A stretch of DNA of 64,000 bases, from IMG/VR virus record IMGVR_UViG_3300032236_001530, positions 1-64,000 of that record, one strand, 5' to 3'. Positions 20,020 to 30,405 of the stretch are shown one piece after another. This DNA is from a virus. The notes beneath the pieces were generated by a model. That model was not told where the DNA came from, did not search any database, and saw nothing but the letters and a program-made list of their open reading frames with translations. The position numbers and the translations under genes are program-made. The first letter of the stretch is position 1. The number at the start of each line of letters is the position of its first letter.

Positions 20020-20429
20020 TTGCTCAATATTCTTTTTGCTTCAATATACTCTTCTTCTGAAAAGCCAATCCAGCCTCTACATCTTACAATATTGGGTAAA
20101 CCAAAAGATTGTATATCTCTTACATTATCATCTATTATAATAAATTTATTATAAGAGTTGCTAAATAACCAGCTTTCTATCTCGGCGCCTCTACCTTCAT
20201 CTGGAAAAATTGGCGTGAAATCAAAAATAGGTACAACTATACCTTGTTCTGTAAATATCTTTTGTAGTTGTTGTTTTGTATGATTTGTCCGCCAAGTTGA
20301 TGTAATAACCGGCTTTAAATCAAATTCTAAGCACAGCTTATTATACAAATCAACAGAAGTTTTATTCCATTGATTTCTATTAATTGTGTTTAAAACACCA
20401 TCTATATCTGTGAATATAAAATTATTCAT
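20016..20429 (-). CDS. HAD-superfamily protein (Swiss-army-knife RNA-repair type)
   Basis: DIDGVLN, ITSTWR, RGAEI, IIDD. Confidence 0.8.
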   Translation of the reverse strand: MNNFIFTDIDGVLNTINRNQWNKTSVDLYNKLCLEFDLKPVITSTWRTNHTKQQLQKIFTEQGIVVPIFDFTPIFPDEGRGAEIESWLFSNSYNKFIIIDDNVRDIQSFGLPNIVRCRGWIGFSEEEYIEAKRILSK

Positions 20430-20439
20430 TTTTACCTCC

Positions 20440-21138
20440 TTATTTTACAATTTCAAAATATCTTTCTCTTAATAACTTAAAGTAGTCATAATTGTTAATA
20501 CCATAATTACCAATAGCCCACATATCATTATACTCAACAACTACATTATCACCATTTTCTAACACACCAATATCAATTGTATAAGCAATTGGAAATTTAG
20601 ACTTATTAGAATTGATAACAGATTCTAAATATTCTTTACTTGGTGCTGTGAAAAAATCACCTGAGTAATTGTGAATATCAACAACTTTATCACGATGTAT
20701 ATAACAACGCCACTCACTTTTAATTGGACTCGGAAATACATCATACACCATCACCATTGTATCATCTGGTATATTAGATATTGAAGTATGTATCATTTTA
20801 TCAAGAACAAAACCTGTGAATAATTTAATATCAAAAGGTTTAATGAATACATCACCAATACTCTTAGCTTCACCTAAAGTCATTACTTTACATTCACGAT
20901 TTGAATTTTGTGGAACTCTAACATCAGTCTTTCCTACTTTAGAAAAAACTTCTTTCATAAATTCAACTGAACCAATAAAAACATTTGACTTAATCAATTG
21001 ATTAAACTTACCAGATTGAACCTCATCAAATGTTGTTAAACGAATATCTTGTGCATTATCTAATGCACCATAAAGACCACAAGCACAATCAAAGTGATGT
21101 GGTAGTTTTCTTTCGTTATCGGATTGTATGTATACCAT
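20440..21138 (-). CDS. ATP-grasp domain protein (DUF4343-like; start revised)
   Basis: VFIKP…KLFTGFV, SEWRCYI, YTIDIG, VVEYND. Confidence 0.75.
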   Translation of the reverse strand: MVYIQSDNERKLPHHFDCACGLYGALDNAQDIRLTTFDEVQSGKFNQLIKSNVFIGSVEFMKEVFSKVGKTDVRVPQNSNRECKVMTLGEAKSIGDVFIKPFDIKLFTGFVLDKMIHTSISNIPDDTMVMVYDVFPSPIKSEWRCYIHRDKVVDIHNYSGDFFTAPSKEYLESVINSNKSKFPIAYTIDIGVLENGDNVVVEYNDMWAIGNYGINNYDYFKLLRERYFEIVK

Positions 21139-21192
21139 ATAATGACAAATATACAAATAAGTTTCCAGAATGTCAAAATAATATATACTCTA

Positions 21193-22407
21193 ATGAAATA
21201 CTTAAAATCATATAAGATGTTTGAATCACTTTCATATAATGCTGATTGGAAAAAACACGATAGTGCTATTAGAGCTGAGTTGGAAAGAGATTTAAATGAT
21301 ATTCTTTTAGAGATTACGGATTTAGGATTCCGCTCACATATATCTGGTTGGACCAAAGGTCCTGAAGGTATGTCACATTTCAGCCATCCTTATGTTTGGA
21401 TTAGATCAACATCTAAAACACCGGTTCCTATGATTGAACACACAGAAGACGTAATTGAAAGAATTAAAGATTACCTATCTGGAAAGGGATATCAAACAAA
21501 AGTTAGATTTTTTAATGAAGGCAAATCTTCTATGCAGATTTATATTTACTTTGATTTAGATCTTAAAGATATTAATGAATCTGTTAATCCAGAAGATTTA
21601 GATTACAATCTCATTGAAGATGTAAAAGATATATTACTTCCTTTTTCTGATATGGGTATGAAAGTTAGTTGCGATTATACTAGTAAAGGTGATAGTATTG
21701 CAATTAATGTAATGACATCAAAAGAAAAAGCATTTGATATTAATGAGTATAAAGATGATATAGATTCACTTCTTTCTTATATGAAAGAAAATAACTGGGG
21801 TATATTGAACTTCAATTTAGGTATTGTTGAAAAGAAAGAAGATTGGTCAGGTACTCACTTATTACCAAGGAGTCAACAAATTATATCTTACCCAAATGGT
21901 CCTCTTCAATATGATAAAGTTAAGAATCCTACATTTTGGATAACTGCTGAATTTGTAAAGATTGTTTATACAAAAGTAAAAAGTGTTAAAGAGTCAGTAG
22001 AATCAGATACGGTTAAAAAAGATATTGAAGAAATATGTTATGAATTAACAGATTATGGTAAATTTAGAGTTGATATTAGACAAAATGTAAAATATTCTAG
22101 ATCCGCTTTCACCACTGGCAAAGAAGAGAAAGAATGGGTGGTGATTATATCACTTGATGATCATATGGATTATGATGGATTCTTACTAAGTGAAGTAGAA
22201 GATACTCTTATGAGAATAAAGTCATATCTTGGTTTAGGAAGATTTATGAGATGTGATGTACTTTTAGTTGGTGAACAAGATAGGAAACCACTTAATTATA
22301 TATCGGATGAAGATAGGAAAAATAATATAAACTTTCCATCTCCAAGAGGAATAGATAAATTAACCGATGAAAGAATAACAAATATAATTATTCACTACAC
22401 ATTATGA
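21193..22407 (+). CDS. N-tagged family protein with three tandem family units (start revised)
   Basis: MKYLKSYKMFES; three DIxxExxDxG cores separated by DINESV and VKESVES. Confidence 0.85.
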   Translation: MKYLKSYKMFESLSYNADWKKHDSAIRAELERDLNDILLEITDLGFRSHISGWTKGPEGMSHFSHPYVWIRSTSKTPVPMIEHTEDVIERIKDYLSGKGYQTKVRFFNEGKSSMQIYIYFDLDLKDINESVNPEDLDYNLIEDVKDILLPFSDMGMKVSCDYTSKGDSIAINVMTSKEKAFDINEYKDDIDSLLSYMKENNWGILNFNLGIVEKKEDWSGTHLLPRSQQIISYPNGPLQYDKVKNPTFWITAEFVKIVYTKVKSVKESVESDTVKKDIEEICYELTDYGKFRVDIRQNVKYSRSAFTTGKEEKEWVVIISLDDHMDYDGFLLSEVEDTLMRIKSYLGLGRFMRCDVLLVGEQDRKPLNYISDEDRKNNINFPSPRGIDKLTDERITNIIIHYTL

Positions 22408-22865
22408 GATACTTAAAATCATATAAATTATTTGAAGCCAGATTTGTAGAATTTAGAGAAATTGTTTCTACGATTAAAGATATCTGTCAAGAGTTTGAAG
22501 ATAATAATTGTAGATGTGAAATAGAACCAAAAGATGATATTCAATTAAATATTATATCACTTAAAAGTAGAGGACATCTTAGTAGTTTAACAATACCTTT
22601 TTATCTTGAAATAAATATTGATAGAATAATAATTAAACAAGATGATAATAGAAGTGGGTTTGGTGAATTTCCAGAATGGTTTATAGAGACATGTAGAAGA
22701 ATAGAAGATTTTATGTTATCTGAAGGTTTCAAAACTTTACCATCAGTTAGATATACCGTTGATTGGGAAAACTTTGATACAATTGATGAGTTAGAAGAAC
22801 AAACTGGATTAATATCAAAAGTAAAATTAGAATTTATACCTAATGAAGTACCTAAAGAAATATAA
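22404..22865 (+). CDS. N-tagged family protein
   Basis: MRYLKSYKLFEA; IKDICQEFED. Confidence 0.85.
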   Translation: MRYLKSYKLFEARFVEFREIVSTIKDICQEFEDNNCRCEIEPKDDIQLNIISLKSRGHLSSLTIPFYLEINIDRIIIKQDDNRSGFGEFPEWFIETCRRIEDFMLSEGFKTLPSVRYTVDWENFDTIDELEEQTGLISKVKLEFIPNEVPKEI

Positions 22866-23235
22866 GCTATTTGAATCCTATAAAGAAATACTAGATAACA
22901 TCGAAGATATCTTTCGTGAGATAGAAGATGTTGGATTTAGAATTGAATATAACAAAGGTGGAGTTGATGAAATAACTAAAATCTATATTGAGAAATTTGA
23001 TGCTAATAATGATTCAATACCTTATATACCAAATCAAGATTTTGTACTGGCTTTACAACATTTAATTTCATACCTCAGTAAAGATTATGATATTGAAATA
23101 GAAACTATACACCAATCACAATGTGTTGATTTTTTAAGCACAAAAGATGGCTTAACCGAAAAAGACGCTACAATCATAGGTGATTATAAAGCACCTATTG
23201 ATTATATTAGAATTGTAATAAGTAATAAAGATTAG
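22843..23235 (+). CDS. N-tagged family protein
   Basis: MKYLKKYKLFES; IEDIFREIEDVG. Confidence 0.85.
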   Translation: MKYLKKYKLFESYKEILDNIEDIFREIEDVGFRIEYNKGGVDEITKIYIEKFDANNDSIPYIPNQDFVLALQHLISYLSKDYDIEIETIHQSQCVDFLSTKDGLTEKDATIIGDYKAPIDYIRIVISNKD

Positions 23236-23237
23236 TA

Positions 23238-23615
23238 TTAGTATATACCTTGTCCAAATGAATCGTGTTTAATTGATTCCTTACAATATAAATCCCAAAT
23301 TAAAAGTGCAGTACAATTAGTATTTTGTATAATCAATTCACATTCTTCCGGAACATCATCATAGTGAATATCAATTTCTAATTCTTTTATCTTACTCCAT
23401 TTCCAAGCACCTTCAGTGAAGTAAATATTTTCTTCTGGTATATTTAACCTCTTAGCAACCGAATAAACATCTGGGTTTTTTTGATCCGAACAACGAGCCG
23501 TGATGATAAAAACATTACAAGCTTCAGCCGATTTAAGCAATAAATTAGCTTTACACTGGATGATATCCTCACCCAGAGTACAATCAAAATCAAAGCTAAT
23601 TTTTAACGGTTTCAT
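23238..23615 (-). CDS. HAD-like phosphatase (start revised)
   Basis: SFDFDCTL, IITAR, HYDD. Confidence 0.75.
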   Translation of the reverse strand: MKPLKISFDFDCTLGEDIIQCKANLLLKSAEACNVFIITARCSDQKNPDVYSVAKRLNIPEENIYFTEGAWKWSKIKELEIDIHYDDVPEECELIIQNTNCTALLIWDLYCKESIKHDSFGQGIY

Positions 23616-24121
23616 AATAAATATTCTAATACTGATTTCCAATTTGGAAACTTATCAGTTGCAAAGTGAATGTGTTCTCCTTTAAATTCTGTTACCCCAT
23701 ATTTCTTTCTATCATCAATTAAAGCTCTACCTGTAAATAAACTTTTATCATTTGATAGAATCAATCTTTTATAAGCTACTTCACCTAAATACTTTTCAAC
23801 CCATATTCTTTTATCTGTATAACAAGAAACATTTTCCCAACAAGGTGCTGATAAAATATAAACTTCATATTTTTCTGATAACTTCTTAAAGGCTTCAATA
23901 GCACCTTCAACTGGTGGTAAATCAATATAAAACCCTTGAGTATGATAAAACTTCTTTTTGAATAAATCATCAACTGATAATCCTAACTTATCAGACCAAA
24001 CTTTCATACCGGCTTCAGCGTCAGCAAGTACGCCATCCATATCAATAAATAAAAGCTCTTTAGGATTTTTTAGATATCCATAAACTGGATCCTTTTCGCT
24101 ATTTCCATATAACTCACTCAT
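23612..24121 (-). CDS. 5'(3')-deoxyribonucleotidase (NT5C-type HAD)
   Basis: DMDGVLAD, LPPVEGA, KRIWV, LIDD. Confidence 0.85.
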   Translation of the reverse strand: MSELYGNSEKDPVYGYLKNPKELLFIDMDGVLADAEAGMKVWSDKLGLSVDDLFKKKFYHTQGFYIDLPPVEGAIEAFKKLSEKYEVYILSAPCWENVSCYTDKRIWVEKYLGEVAYKRLILSNDKSLFTGRALIDDRKKYGVTEFKGEHIHFATDKFPNWKSVLEYLL

Positions 24122-24157
24122 ATCACAAATATATGGATATTATATGAGAAATCAAAG

Positions 24158-24667
24158 TTATAGTTTCATTTCAATTCTTAAACTTGAAAAAGAAATATAA
24201 TCACCTATACCATTAAAATCATCTGGTTTATACCAACCTATACCAAACTCAATACCACTATTAAACATTCTAAAAGGTGAGTTAGTATTGTATTTAATTC
24301 CTATTTTAGCAAGTTCTTGAGCGGTTTTACCACTAATACCTGGTGTTAATTCATTACCAGAGTAATCATAATACCAATCATTTAATCTAATGATGGCATC
24401 TTTAACTTCTTTCCATAAAAATAAACTACCAGGATATTTACCACCAGGAGGAGCTGGAACATTTGGTATAACTCTGTCAGGAGATCCCCAGGGTCTCTGA
24501 ATACGGATTTCTAAATAAATATCTGAATGTTTTTTACCTTCAACATCTTTTCTTAATCTAGAAGTTTCGACTTGAAGACCATTATCTTCTACTTCAACAA
24601 GGATGTCTCTTACCTCATTTTCCAATTCATCTATATTAAATGACTCAAACAACTTTAGATATTTCAT
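24158..24667 (-). CDS. N-tagged family protein
   Basis: MKYLKLFES; VRDILVEVEDNG. Confidence 0.85.
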   Translation of the reverse strand: MKYLKLFESFNIDELENEVRDILVEVEDNGLQVETSRLRKDVEGKKHSDIYLEIRIQRPWGSPDRVIPNVPAPPGGKYPGSLFLWKEVKDAIIRLNDWYYDYSGNELTPGISGKTAQELAKIGIKYNTNSPFRMFNSGIEFGIGWYKPDDFNGIGDYISFSSLRIEMKL

Positions 24668-24700
24668 AGGATTATATATTTATTTTAATATATACTTTTA

Positions 24701-25096
24701 ATGAGATACTTAAAACTATTTGAATCATTCACATCTATTGGTGATTTAGTACAAGATGCTAAAGATATCTGTTTAGAATTAAATGATGATGGTATAACAA
24801 CCAAATGTTATTATAATCCACCTTACGTTATTAATAGTAATATTCATCCTGAGTTTATATCCATTGGAATGGAAAGACTTGTAAGTGATGAAAATGATTA
24901 TTATGATGTTTTAAGTTGGGGTGAGATTAATGAAGTAATTGATAGATTAATTTATTACTTTGAATCAAATAATTGGAAATTATCAAGTATTTTAATAGAT
25001 GGTGATAATTTAATTAACCCTAAAGAATGGATAGAATCACTTAGAAAAAAAGTTCATTATTCTTTTACTGGAATAACAATTAATTTCTCAAAATAA
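24701..25096 (+). CDS. N-tagged family protein
   Basis: MRYLKLFES; AKDICLELNDDG. Confidence 0.85.
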   Translation: MRYLKLFESFTSIGDLVQDAKDICLELNDDGITTKCYYNPPYVINSNIHPEFISIGMERLVSDENDYYDVLSWGEINEVIDRLIYYFESNNWKLSSILIDGDNLINPKEWIESLRKKVHYSFTGITINFSK

Positions 25097-25122
25097 TATA
25101 TAAGAAAAATAATCACTACGAA

Positions 25123-25233
25123 ATGGCAAGAGCAAGTAAAAAAGGTAAAAAAGGTAAATCTAGAAAAAGTTTTTTAAAAGATTTAAAGAGAGCTAAACAA
25201 AATGATATTGTTATTAAGTCTTTATCTAAATAA
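25123..25233 (+). CDS. Small basic peptide (36 aa), not in ORF track
   Basis: MARASKKGKKGKSRKSFLKDLKRAKQNDIVIKSLSK; TAATATATA upstream, terminator downstream. Confidence 0.65.
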   Translation: MARASKKGKKGKSRKSFLKDLKRAKQNDIVIKSLSK

Positions 25234-25236
25234 CTG

Positions 25237-25262
25237 AAAACCCACCATAAGGTGGGTTTTTT
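25237..25262. terminator. Bidirectional intrinsic terminator
   Basis: aaaacccacc-ataa-ggtgggtttt between convergent genes. Confidence 0.85.
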
Positions 25263-25384
25263 TAATACTTTGATATGCCGTGTGTTAATATGTTGTAAAT
25301 TACCAACGCGACAAAAGTCGCCATAACTAGTACCATAAGTATCGTACTTTTGTTTCTTAAAATTTTACTACCAATTGTTCTCAT
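25262..25384 (-). CDS. Small membrane protein (40 aa), not in ORF track
   Basis: MRTIGSKILRNKSTILMVLVMATFVALVIYNILTHGISKY; TATCTTTG upstream. Confidence 0.6.
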   Translation of the reverse strand: MRTIGSKILRNKSTILMVLVMATFVALVIYNILTHGISKY

Positions 25385-25470
25385 ATATAAATTATTTTAT
25401 TGTTGTAGTGATTAGTATTACAAAGATAAGTAATTTATTTTAATTTGCAAAATTTAATATATAATTTTAT

Positions 25471-26466
25471 ATGAGTTCAAGATTATATGCTTATAACACG
25501 GGTGCTACCGTTTCGGGTGCTAGTCAGTCAGGAAACCTAGCAATTTCTAATGACTTAAAGGGAGGTGGTGCTGTTCAATGGTGGTATGGCCCAGACGAAA
25601 CATCAGGGTATGTTATCGCTTATCCAGATACTTCAGGTAAAAGAAAGTCAAATGGAGTTACTATTAGTAATGCCGTTGGTTTCAGAAGAACATCAACTAA
25701 AACAGATGCTGAATTTATATCACTTGCTAATAGCATCACTGGTCAAGGATTTGCATCAGCATCCATAGCAGTCAATTGGTTAAACACAAATGGTTATTAT
25801 ACATCATATGCAATTGCATCAATAGTCACTTCAGGGTTGGTAATGAATTTAGACGCTGGTGATTTATCATCATATCCAGGTAGTGGACTAACATGGTCAA
25901 GTCTTGTTAATGGTTATAAAGGCACATTAGGAACTGGTGTAGGATTCACATCAAGTAATGGAGGTGCATTGACATTTAATGGTGGTGCTGCAGCATATGT
26001 AAATATGTACTCATCAGCTAGTGGTTTAGCTTCAGTAACTAATAATATCTCTGTTGAAGCTTGGTATCAAAGTACTAACAACCATCCGGCAATTTTGCGT
26101 ACGGGTATTAGTAGTTCGGGTTTTGTATTTGGATATTATAGTGGAACTGGCACCTCTTGGAAAACTACAAAATACGGTGTTATAGATCTAAACGCTGGTG
26201 CAATTCCGCAAAATACATCTTGGCATCAAGTTGTATTAACATATTCAAGTACAACAGGAACCAGAATTTATATCGACGGGGTTCTAAGCAGTCCAACCTC
26301 AGCAAATACTAGTAATATAGCAGCTGGTACTGAATTTTCTATAGGTAGAAGTGAAGACATACAACACGTTGGTAATATTGCTATATTCCGTTGGTATAGC
26401 TCTGTATTATCAGCCACTGATGTATTGCAAAACTTTAATGCTGTAAAATCAAGATTTGGATTATAA
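25471..26466 (+). CDS. Putative virion fibre/adhesin with LamG-like jellyroll
   Basis: GLVMNLDAG…SYPGSG, WHQVVLTY…IYIDGV, LSATDVLQNFNAVKSRFGL; N-terminal domain shared with 14284 ORF. Confidence 0.75.
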   Translation: MSSRLYAYNTGATVSGASQSGNLAISNDLKGGGAVQWWYGPDETSGYVIAYPDTSGKRKSNGVTISNAVGFRRTSTKTDAEFISLANSITGQGFASASIAVNWLNTNGYYTSYAIASIVTSGLVMNLDAGDLSSYPGSGLTWSSLVNGYKGTLGTGVGFTSSNGGALTFNGGAAAYVNMYSSASGLASVTNNISVEAWYQSTNNHPAILRTGISSSGFVFGYYSGTGTSWKTTKYGVIDLNAGAIPQNTSWHQVVLTYSSTTGTRIYIDGVLSSPTSANTSNIAAGTEFSIGRSEDIQHVGNIAIFRWYSSVLSATDVLQNFNAVKSRFGL

Positions 26467-26493
26467 GACTGACATAGTATGAATATATAACTT

Positions 26494-27027
26494 ATGTCAA
26501 GAAAATCAAGTATTAAAAAGATTAAAAGAAATAACTCTGAATCAAAAAACATAGAAGCTGCACTTTCTATGTATCTGTATGAAAAACAACACTCACCGAT
26601 TACAACAAGATTTACTGGCTATGGTTTAGCTGAATGTGATGTAATATCCATCAGTAAGTCAGATTATATTTATGAGTATGAAATTAAAATTTCTCGTTCT
26701 GATTTTAGAGCTGATTTCAATAAAGACAAGCATAAATTAATGCTTGAAAGAAAGGGAACTAAAACCAGAATGATTAAAGAAAATAATCAAATGGTTAAAG
26801 ATACTTTATACCTAACATGTAATTACTTTAACTTTGTTGTACCAACTGGATTAGTAACAGCGGAAGAAGTTCCAGAATATGCTGGTTTAATTTATATGGA
26901 TGAAAATTTGAATTTTGAGATAATAAAAAAAGCCCCTCTTTTGCACAAAGAGAAGGCTACTTATAATTTTATAAGACAACTATCACATAACTTAACTTGT
27001 AAGTTAGTATTCAAAAAGGTAAGTTAA
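26494..27027 (+). CDS. PD-(D/E)XK nuclease-like protein (MmcB-like)
   Basis: ECDVI…EYEIKISRSDFRAD…NYFNFVVP…EVPEYAGLI. Confidence 0.7.
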   Translation: MSRKSSIKKIKRNNSESKNIEAALSMYLYEKQHSPITTRFTGYGLAECDVISISKSDYIYEYEIKISRSDFRADFNKDKHKLMLERKGTKTRMIKENNQMVKDTLYLTCNYFNFVVPTGLVTAEEVPEYAGLIYMDENLNFEIIKKAPLLHKEKATYNFIRQLSHNLTCKLVFKKVS

Positions 27028-27425
27028 GAGATAGGGTTTTGTTTTATCTCGAATATACTATATTCGTGTTCTTTTTTACCGTGATAAAACTTTTCTAAAG
27101 CCACTTTCATATTCTTAGCATGGAAGTAAGATTTATAAGTTTTACCCTCACCTATCTTTGACCAATTGATGGTGTAAGATGTTTCTGTTTGTGTGTGATA
27201 TCTAACCCAATTTAAAGCTTCTGTTAGACCATCTAAGACATCACTACAAGTAATATCAACTAACAAAAACTCTTCTTTTTTCATAGGATTATATGTAATC
27301 ACTGAAATTGATTTAAGTGTTTCATCTTCGTTTTTATTATACTCGAAGTGAGTGTGACAACCATTATCAAATTTAATTAATTTTGATATTTCAGATTCTA
27401 AGGATAATTGCTTTTCCATATACAA
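27024..27425 (-). CDS. Hypothetical protein
   Basis: ORF; TATATTTG upstream. Confidence 0.75.
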   Translation of the reverse strand: MYMEKQLSLESEISKLIKFDNGCHTHFEYNKNEDETLKSISVITYNPMKKEEFLLVDITCSDVLDGLTEALNWVRYHTQTETSYTINWSKIGEGKTYKSYFHAKNMKVALEKFYHGKKEHEYSIFEIKQNPIS

Positions 27426-27489
27426 TAGATTTTATATACAAATATAAGATTAATTTAATTAATATATACAATCAAATTAAATATTTTTT

Positions 27490-27846
27490 ATGAAAAAACT
27501 AACCGAAATGATCAATGAACAAGTAAATGTTGGTGTACAACCACTTAATACCGAATTACTATTCATTACTAAAGGCGAACAACAAGTAGGTAGTTTACTT
27601 TTAATCTATAATGAAAATAAAGCTTCTATTTATTCGGTAGAAGTACTTAATAATCACCGTGGTCACGGCTATGGTAAGAGATTAGTTGAAAATGCTATCG
27701 CTAGATGTAAGCAAAGAATGTGTGAGTCGATTGAGTTAAACACTGAAATCGACAATACGATTGCTAACAATCTTTATAGATCAATGGGATTTGAATTAAG
27801 AGGCTTAAAAGATAGCTTTAATAACTATATTAAACCTCTTAATTAA
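27490..27846 (+). CDS. GNAT acetyltransferase with N-tag variant
   Basis: MKKLTEMINEQ; VLNNHRGHGYGKRL; NTIANNLYRSMGF. Confidence 0.85.
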   Translation: MKKLTEMINEQVNVGVQPLNTELLFITKGEQQVGSLLLIYNENKASIYSVEVLNNHRGHGYGKRLVENAIARCKQRMCESIELNTEIDNTIANNLYRSMGFELRGLKDSFNNYIKPLN

Positions 27847-28068
27847 TTATTGATGTTTGATAGTGTCTCCTACGTTGTATAAATCGCAAGGTGCGTTAAA
27901 GACATTCATACCACGATTCCAGTAGTAAACACATTCGGTGTCTACTTCATATTTTTCAACAACCATCCATTTGCTGAATTTATACTTTGATGGTATCTTA
28001 CCAAATTTCGGAGAGCAACTAAGTGCAGTGATTGCTACAATAGTAAGAGCAATAAAAATTCTTTTCAT
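27847..28068 (-). CDS. Small lipoprotein
   Basis: …AITALS|C lipobox. Confidence 0.7.
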   Translation of the reverse strand: MKRIFIALTIVAITALSCSPKFGKIPSKYKFSKWMVVEKYEVDTECVYYWNRGMNVFNAPCDLYNVGDTIKHQ

Positions 28069-28102
28069 TTAATAAATTTTATATAAAGTTAAGATAATTT
28101 AT

Positions 28103-28510
28103 TTAATTAAACAAATCATTTATTATAAAGTCTCGTTGAATTGCTTTAGGAAATAATCTTATAATATCTTTTTTACTATCTAAAATAATAGAGCCGTGTT
28201 TATAGGACTCGTATATTTCTTCTACACCATCTTTGACTATATTTCCTTCTAAATAAATAGTTAGTATTTGACCATTATTTACATCAACCCAAATGTTAAT
28301 AAGATCATTAAATTTCAATTTATAAAACATCCTCCACTTAGGGTGGGTTTTTTTAACCTCGACAAGCACACTTTTTCTATTAACGGTTTGATACTTTGTT
28401 TCATGTGTATCCGGAACCATTTTATATGGTTCATTCCACTTATCAGAGTGCTTTCTATGTGGCTCACATTTTTTGAACCCCATACTCAATAATTTTTTAT
28501 GTGTATTCAC
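28103..28510 (-). CDS. C-tagged hypothetical protein
   Basis: Ends QRDFIINDLFN. Confidence 0.75.
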   Translation of the reverse strand: MNTHKKLLSMGFKKCEPHRKHSDKWNEPYKMVPDTHETKYQTVNRKSVLVEVKKTHPKWRMFYKLKFNDLINIWVDVNNGQILTIYLEGNIVKDGVEEIYESYKHGSIILDSKKDIIRLFPKAIQRDFIINDLFN

Positions 28511-28569
28511 ATGGGCAAATATAAGTATTTAAAATAAAAAACCTCATTTAAGAGGGTTAATATTTTAAT

Positions 28570-29313
28570 CTATTTTCTTTTTTTAAGAAACTCTTTTGTT
28601 TTATCTAATAAATATTTAGGTAAAGCATTACCAACAAGTGCGTATTTATTCTTAATATCTCTACCTAATTCTTTAGCACTAAAGAAATTACCAGATAATT
28701 TAACTTCATATTTTTTGCCTCTGTATGTAACGGTAATTAAGTATTTATAAAAATCAGAATCCGATGGCTCAACATTTATAACTTTAATTAATTCTATTTC
28801 TTTGAAAGCTCTTGTGATTAGTTCTGACTTTTCTTTAGTCATTTTTTCTTGATATTCCATCATTGCTAATTTAGCTTCATCTGGAATAGATTTAATTCTA
28901 TCTACAATTTCTCTTTTCTCTTCTGATTGCCAATCTATGTAGAATGGATCATCGTTGTTTCTTGGTCTAAAAACATCATAATATAATTTTTCACCATCTA
29001 CCACACCACCTTGACCCCAGTGTGTTCCACCAGAATAAGAACCTAATTCAGATGCTTCTTGAGGAATATAATCCCAAGTTAATCTTAGTTTGTAACCATC
29101 TTTGAAATTAATACGGTACATATTAGCAGTTTTATTATGACCATAGAAACGACCAGGGTTAGTTGAACACCAGTTAGTATCTTTGTTTTGTTGCTTAACA
29201 GAATCAAATGTCTTAGACACCTTAACTTCAAGATTATCATCTTTGTAAAGAGTAGGTGTGTTTTGTGATGTTTCAACAAACTCAAATAATTTATATGTTA
29301 TTAAATATTTCAT
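28570..29313 (-). CDS. N-tagged hypothetical protein
   Basis: MKYLITYKLFEF; TNWCST motif; TAATATATA upstream on minus strand. Confidence 0.8.
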   Translation of the reverse strand: MKYLITYKLFEFVETSQNTPTLYKDDNLEVKVSKTFDSVKQQNKDTNWCSTNPGRFYGHNKTANMYRINFKDGYKLRLTWDYIPQEASELGSYSGGTHWGQGGVVDGEKLYYDVFRPRNNDDPFYIDWQSEEKREIVDRIKSIPDEAKLAMMEYQEKMTKEKSELITRAFKEIELIKVINVEPSDSDFYKYLITVTYRGKKYEVKLSGNFFSAKELGRDIKNKYALVGNALPKYLLDKTKEFLKKRK

Positions 29314-29316
29314 TGA

Positions 29317-30405
29317 TTATATATTATTTCTCAACCAATTAATTTTTGATTCGTGTAGTAATAAACAAGGGCTTGTTGTAAAGAATTCAAATCCAAATTG
29401 CTTTGCTTTATTAAACCTACCTAATTTAGAAGTATCTCTAATTACTTCAAGTTCCTTAGGTACTTCAAAACCCTTTGAATACTTGGTCATAATAAATAAA
29501 TCATCTGTAAACTCTTGATCTATCTTTGACCAAAGTGCTAAGTCAGGTGAGCCAGCAAATACAATTTGTGAATTATCAAATGGTATTACTAAATAATTAT
29601 CAGAGCCAGAACCAAAGTAGTTGGCTCCTTCTTTTGTAGTAGAGCCAATTAAACTTTTATATCTTGGAACTGGATAATCTTTTCTTAAATCAAAAAATGT
29701 TTTATAATTGTACTTTCCAATAGTTCCTTTTCTTTCCTTTTCTAAGAATAAACCTAATTGACCAAAATCTCTACCTGATTTTCGCCAGAGTTGGTCATTC
29801 ATAAAAGAAAAGTTTTTACAATTCTCTTTTAATATTTTTAAGAATTCTTCTTCACTTATTTTTTTGGTTCTTGATGTAGAATCTCTTGAAACTAAAGTAT
29901 CAACCGATTCATTTATAGTAAGTAATTCCTCACATCTATTTAAATTATCCATTTGAAAATCAGACATTCTATCAGATGAGAATATTTGTTTTGCTTCTTC
30001 TAATGTAACCCATTTCCACTCATCAACTTCTGGAAAGACTGGCTTACCATTTCTGATAACCATTGAATCACAATGTAAATTAAAACCAGAAAGATCTTCT
30101 TCAACTTTAACAAAAAATCCTTTCAGATATTTGTTAGAATCTTTGTATTTAAGCTCATTAAAATCTCCCTGGTGGACGATCGTTAACTCATCCAATACAA
30201 TACCTGTTTCTTCAAATAACTCTCTTTTTGCTACTTCAAATTGGTTAGTTTCACCTTTATCTGCTCTACCTTTAGGAACTCCCCAAACGGTAGATCTAAA
30301 TCCTGTTGGATGTTGTATCAATAACAAATTATTAGCATCAAATAGATAGATACCACAAGTTATTCTTTTCTCTAAAGATTCGTTATATGTTTTTAAGTAT
30401 CTCAT
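29317..30405 (-). CDS. N-tagged Nudix hydrolase fused to a second domain
   Basis: MRYLKTYNES; PKGRADKGE…AKRELFEETG Nudix box; internal TINESV junction. Confidence 0.85.
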   Translation of the reverse strand: MRYLKTYNESLEKRITCGIYLFDANNLLLIQHPTGFRSTVWGVPKGRADKGETNQFEVAKRELFEETGIVLDELTIVHQGDFNELKYKDSNKYLKGFFVKVEEDLSGFNLHCDSMVIRNGKPVFPEVDEWKWVTLEEAKQIFSSDRMSDFQMDNLNRCEELLTINESVDTLVSRDSTSRTKKISEEEFLKILKENCKNFSFMNDQLWRKSGRDFGQLGLFLEKERKGTIGKYNYKTFFDLRKDYPVPRYKSLIGSTTKEGANYFGSGSDNYLVIPFDNSQIVFAGSPDLALWSKIDQEFTDDLFIMTKYSKGFEVPKELEVIRDTSKLGRFNKAKQFGFEFFTTSPCLLLHESKINWLRNNI

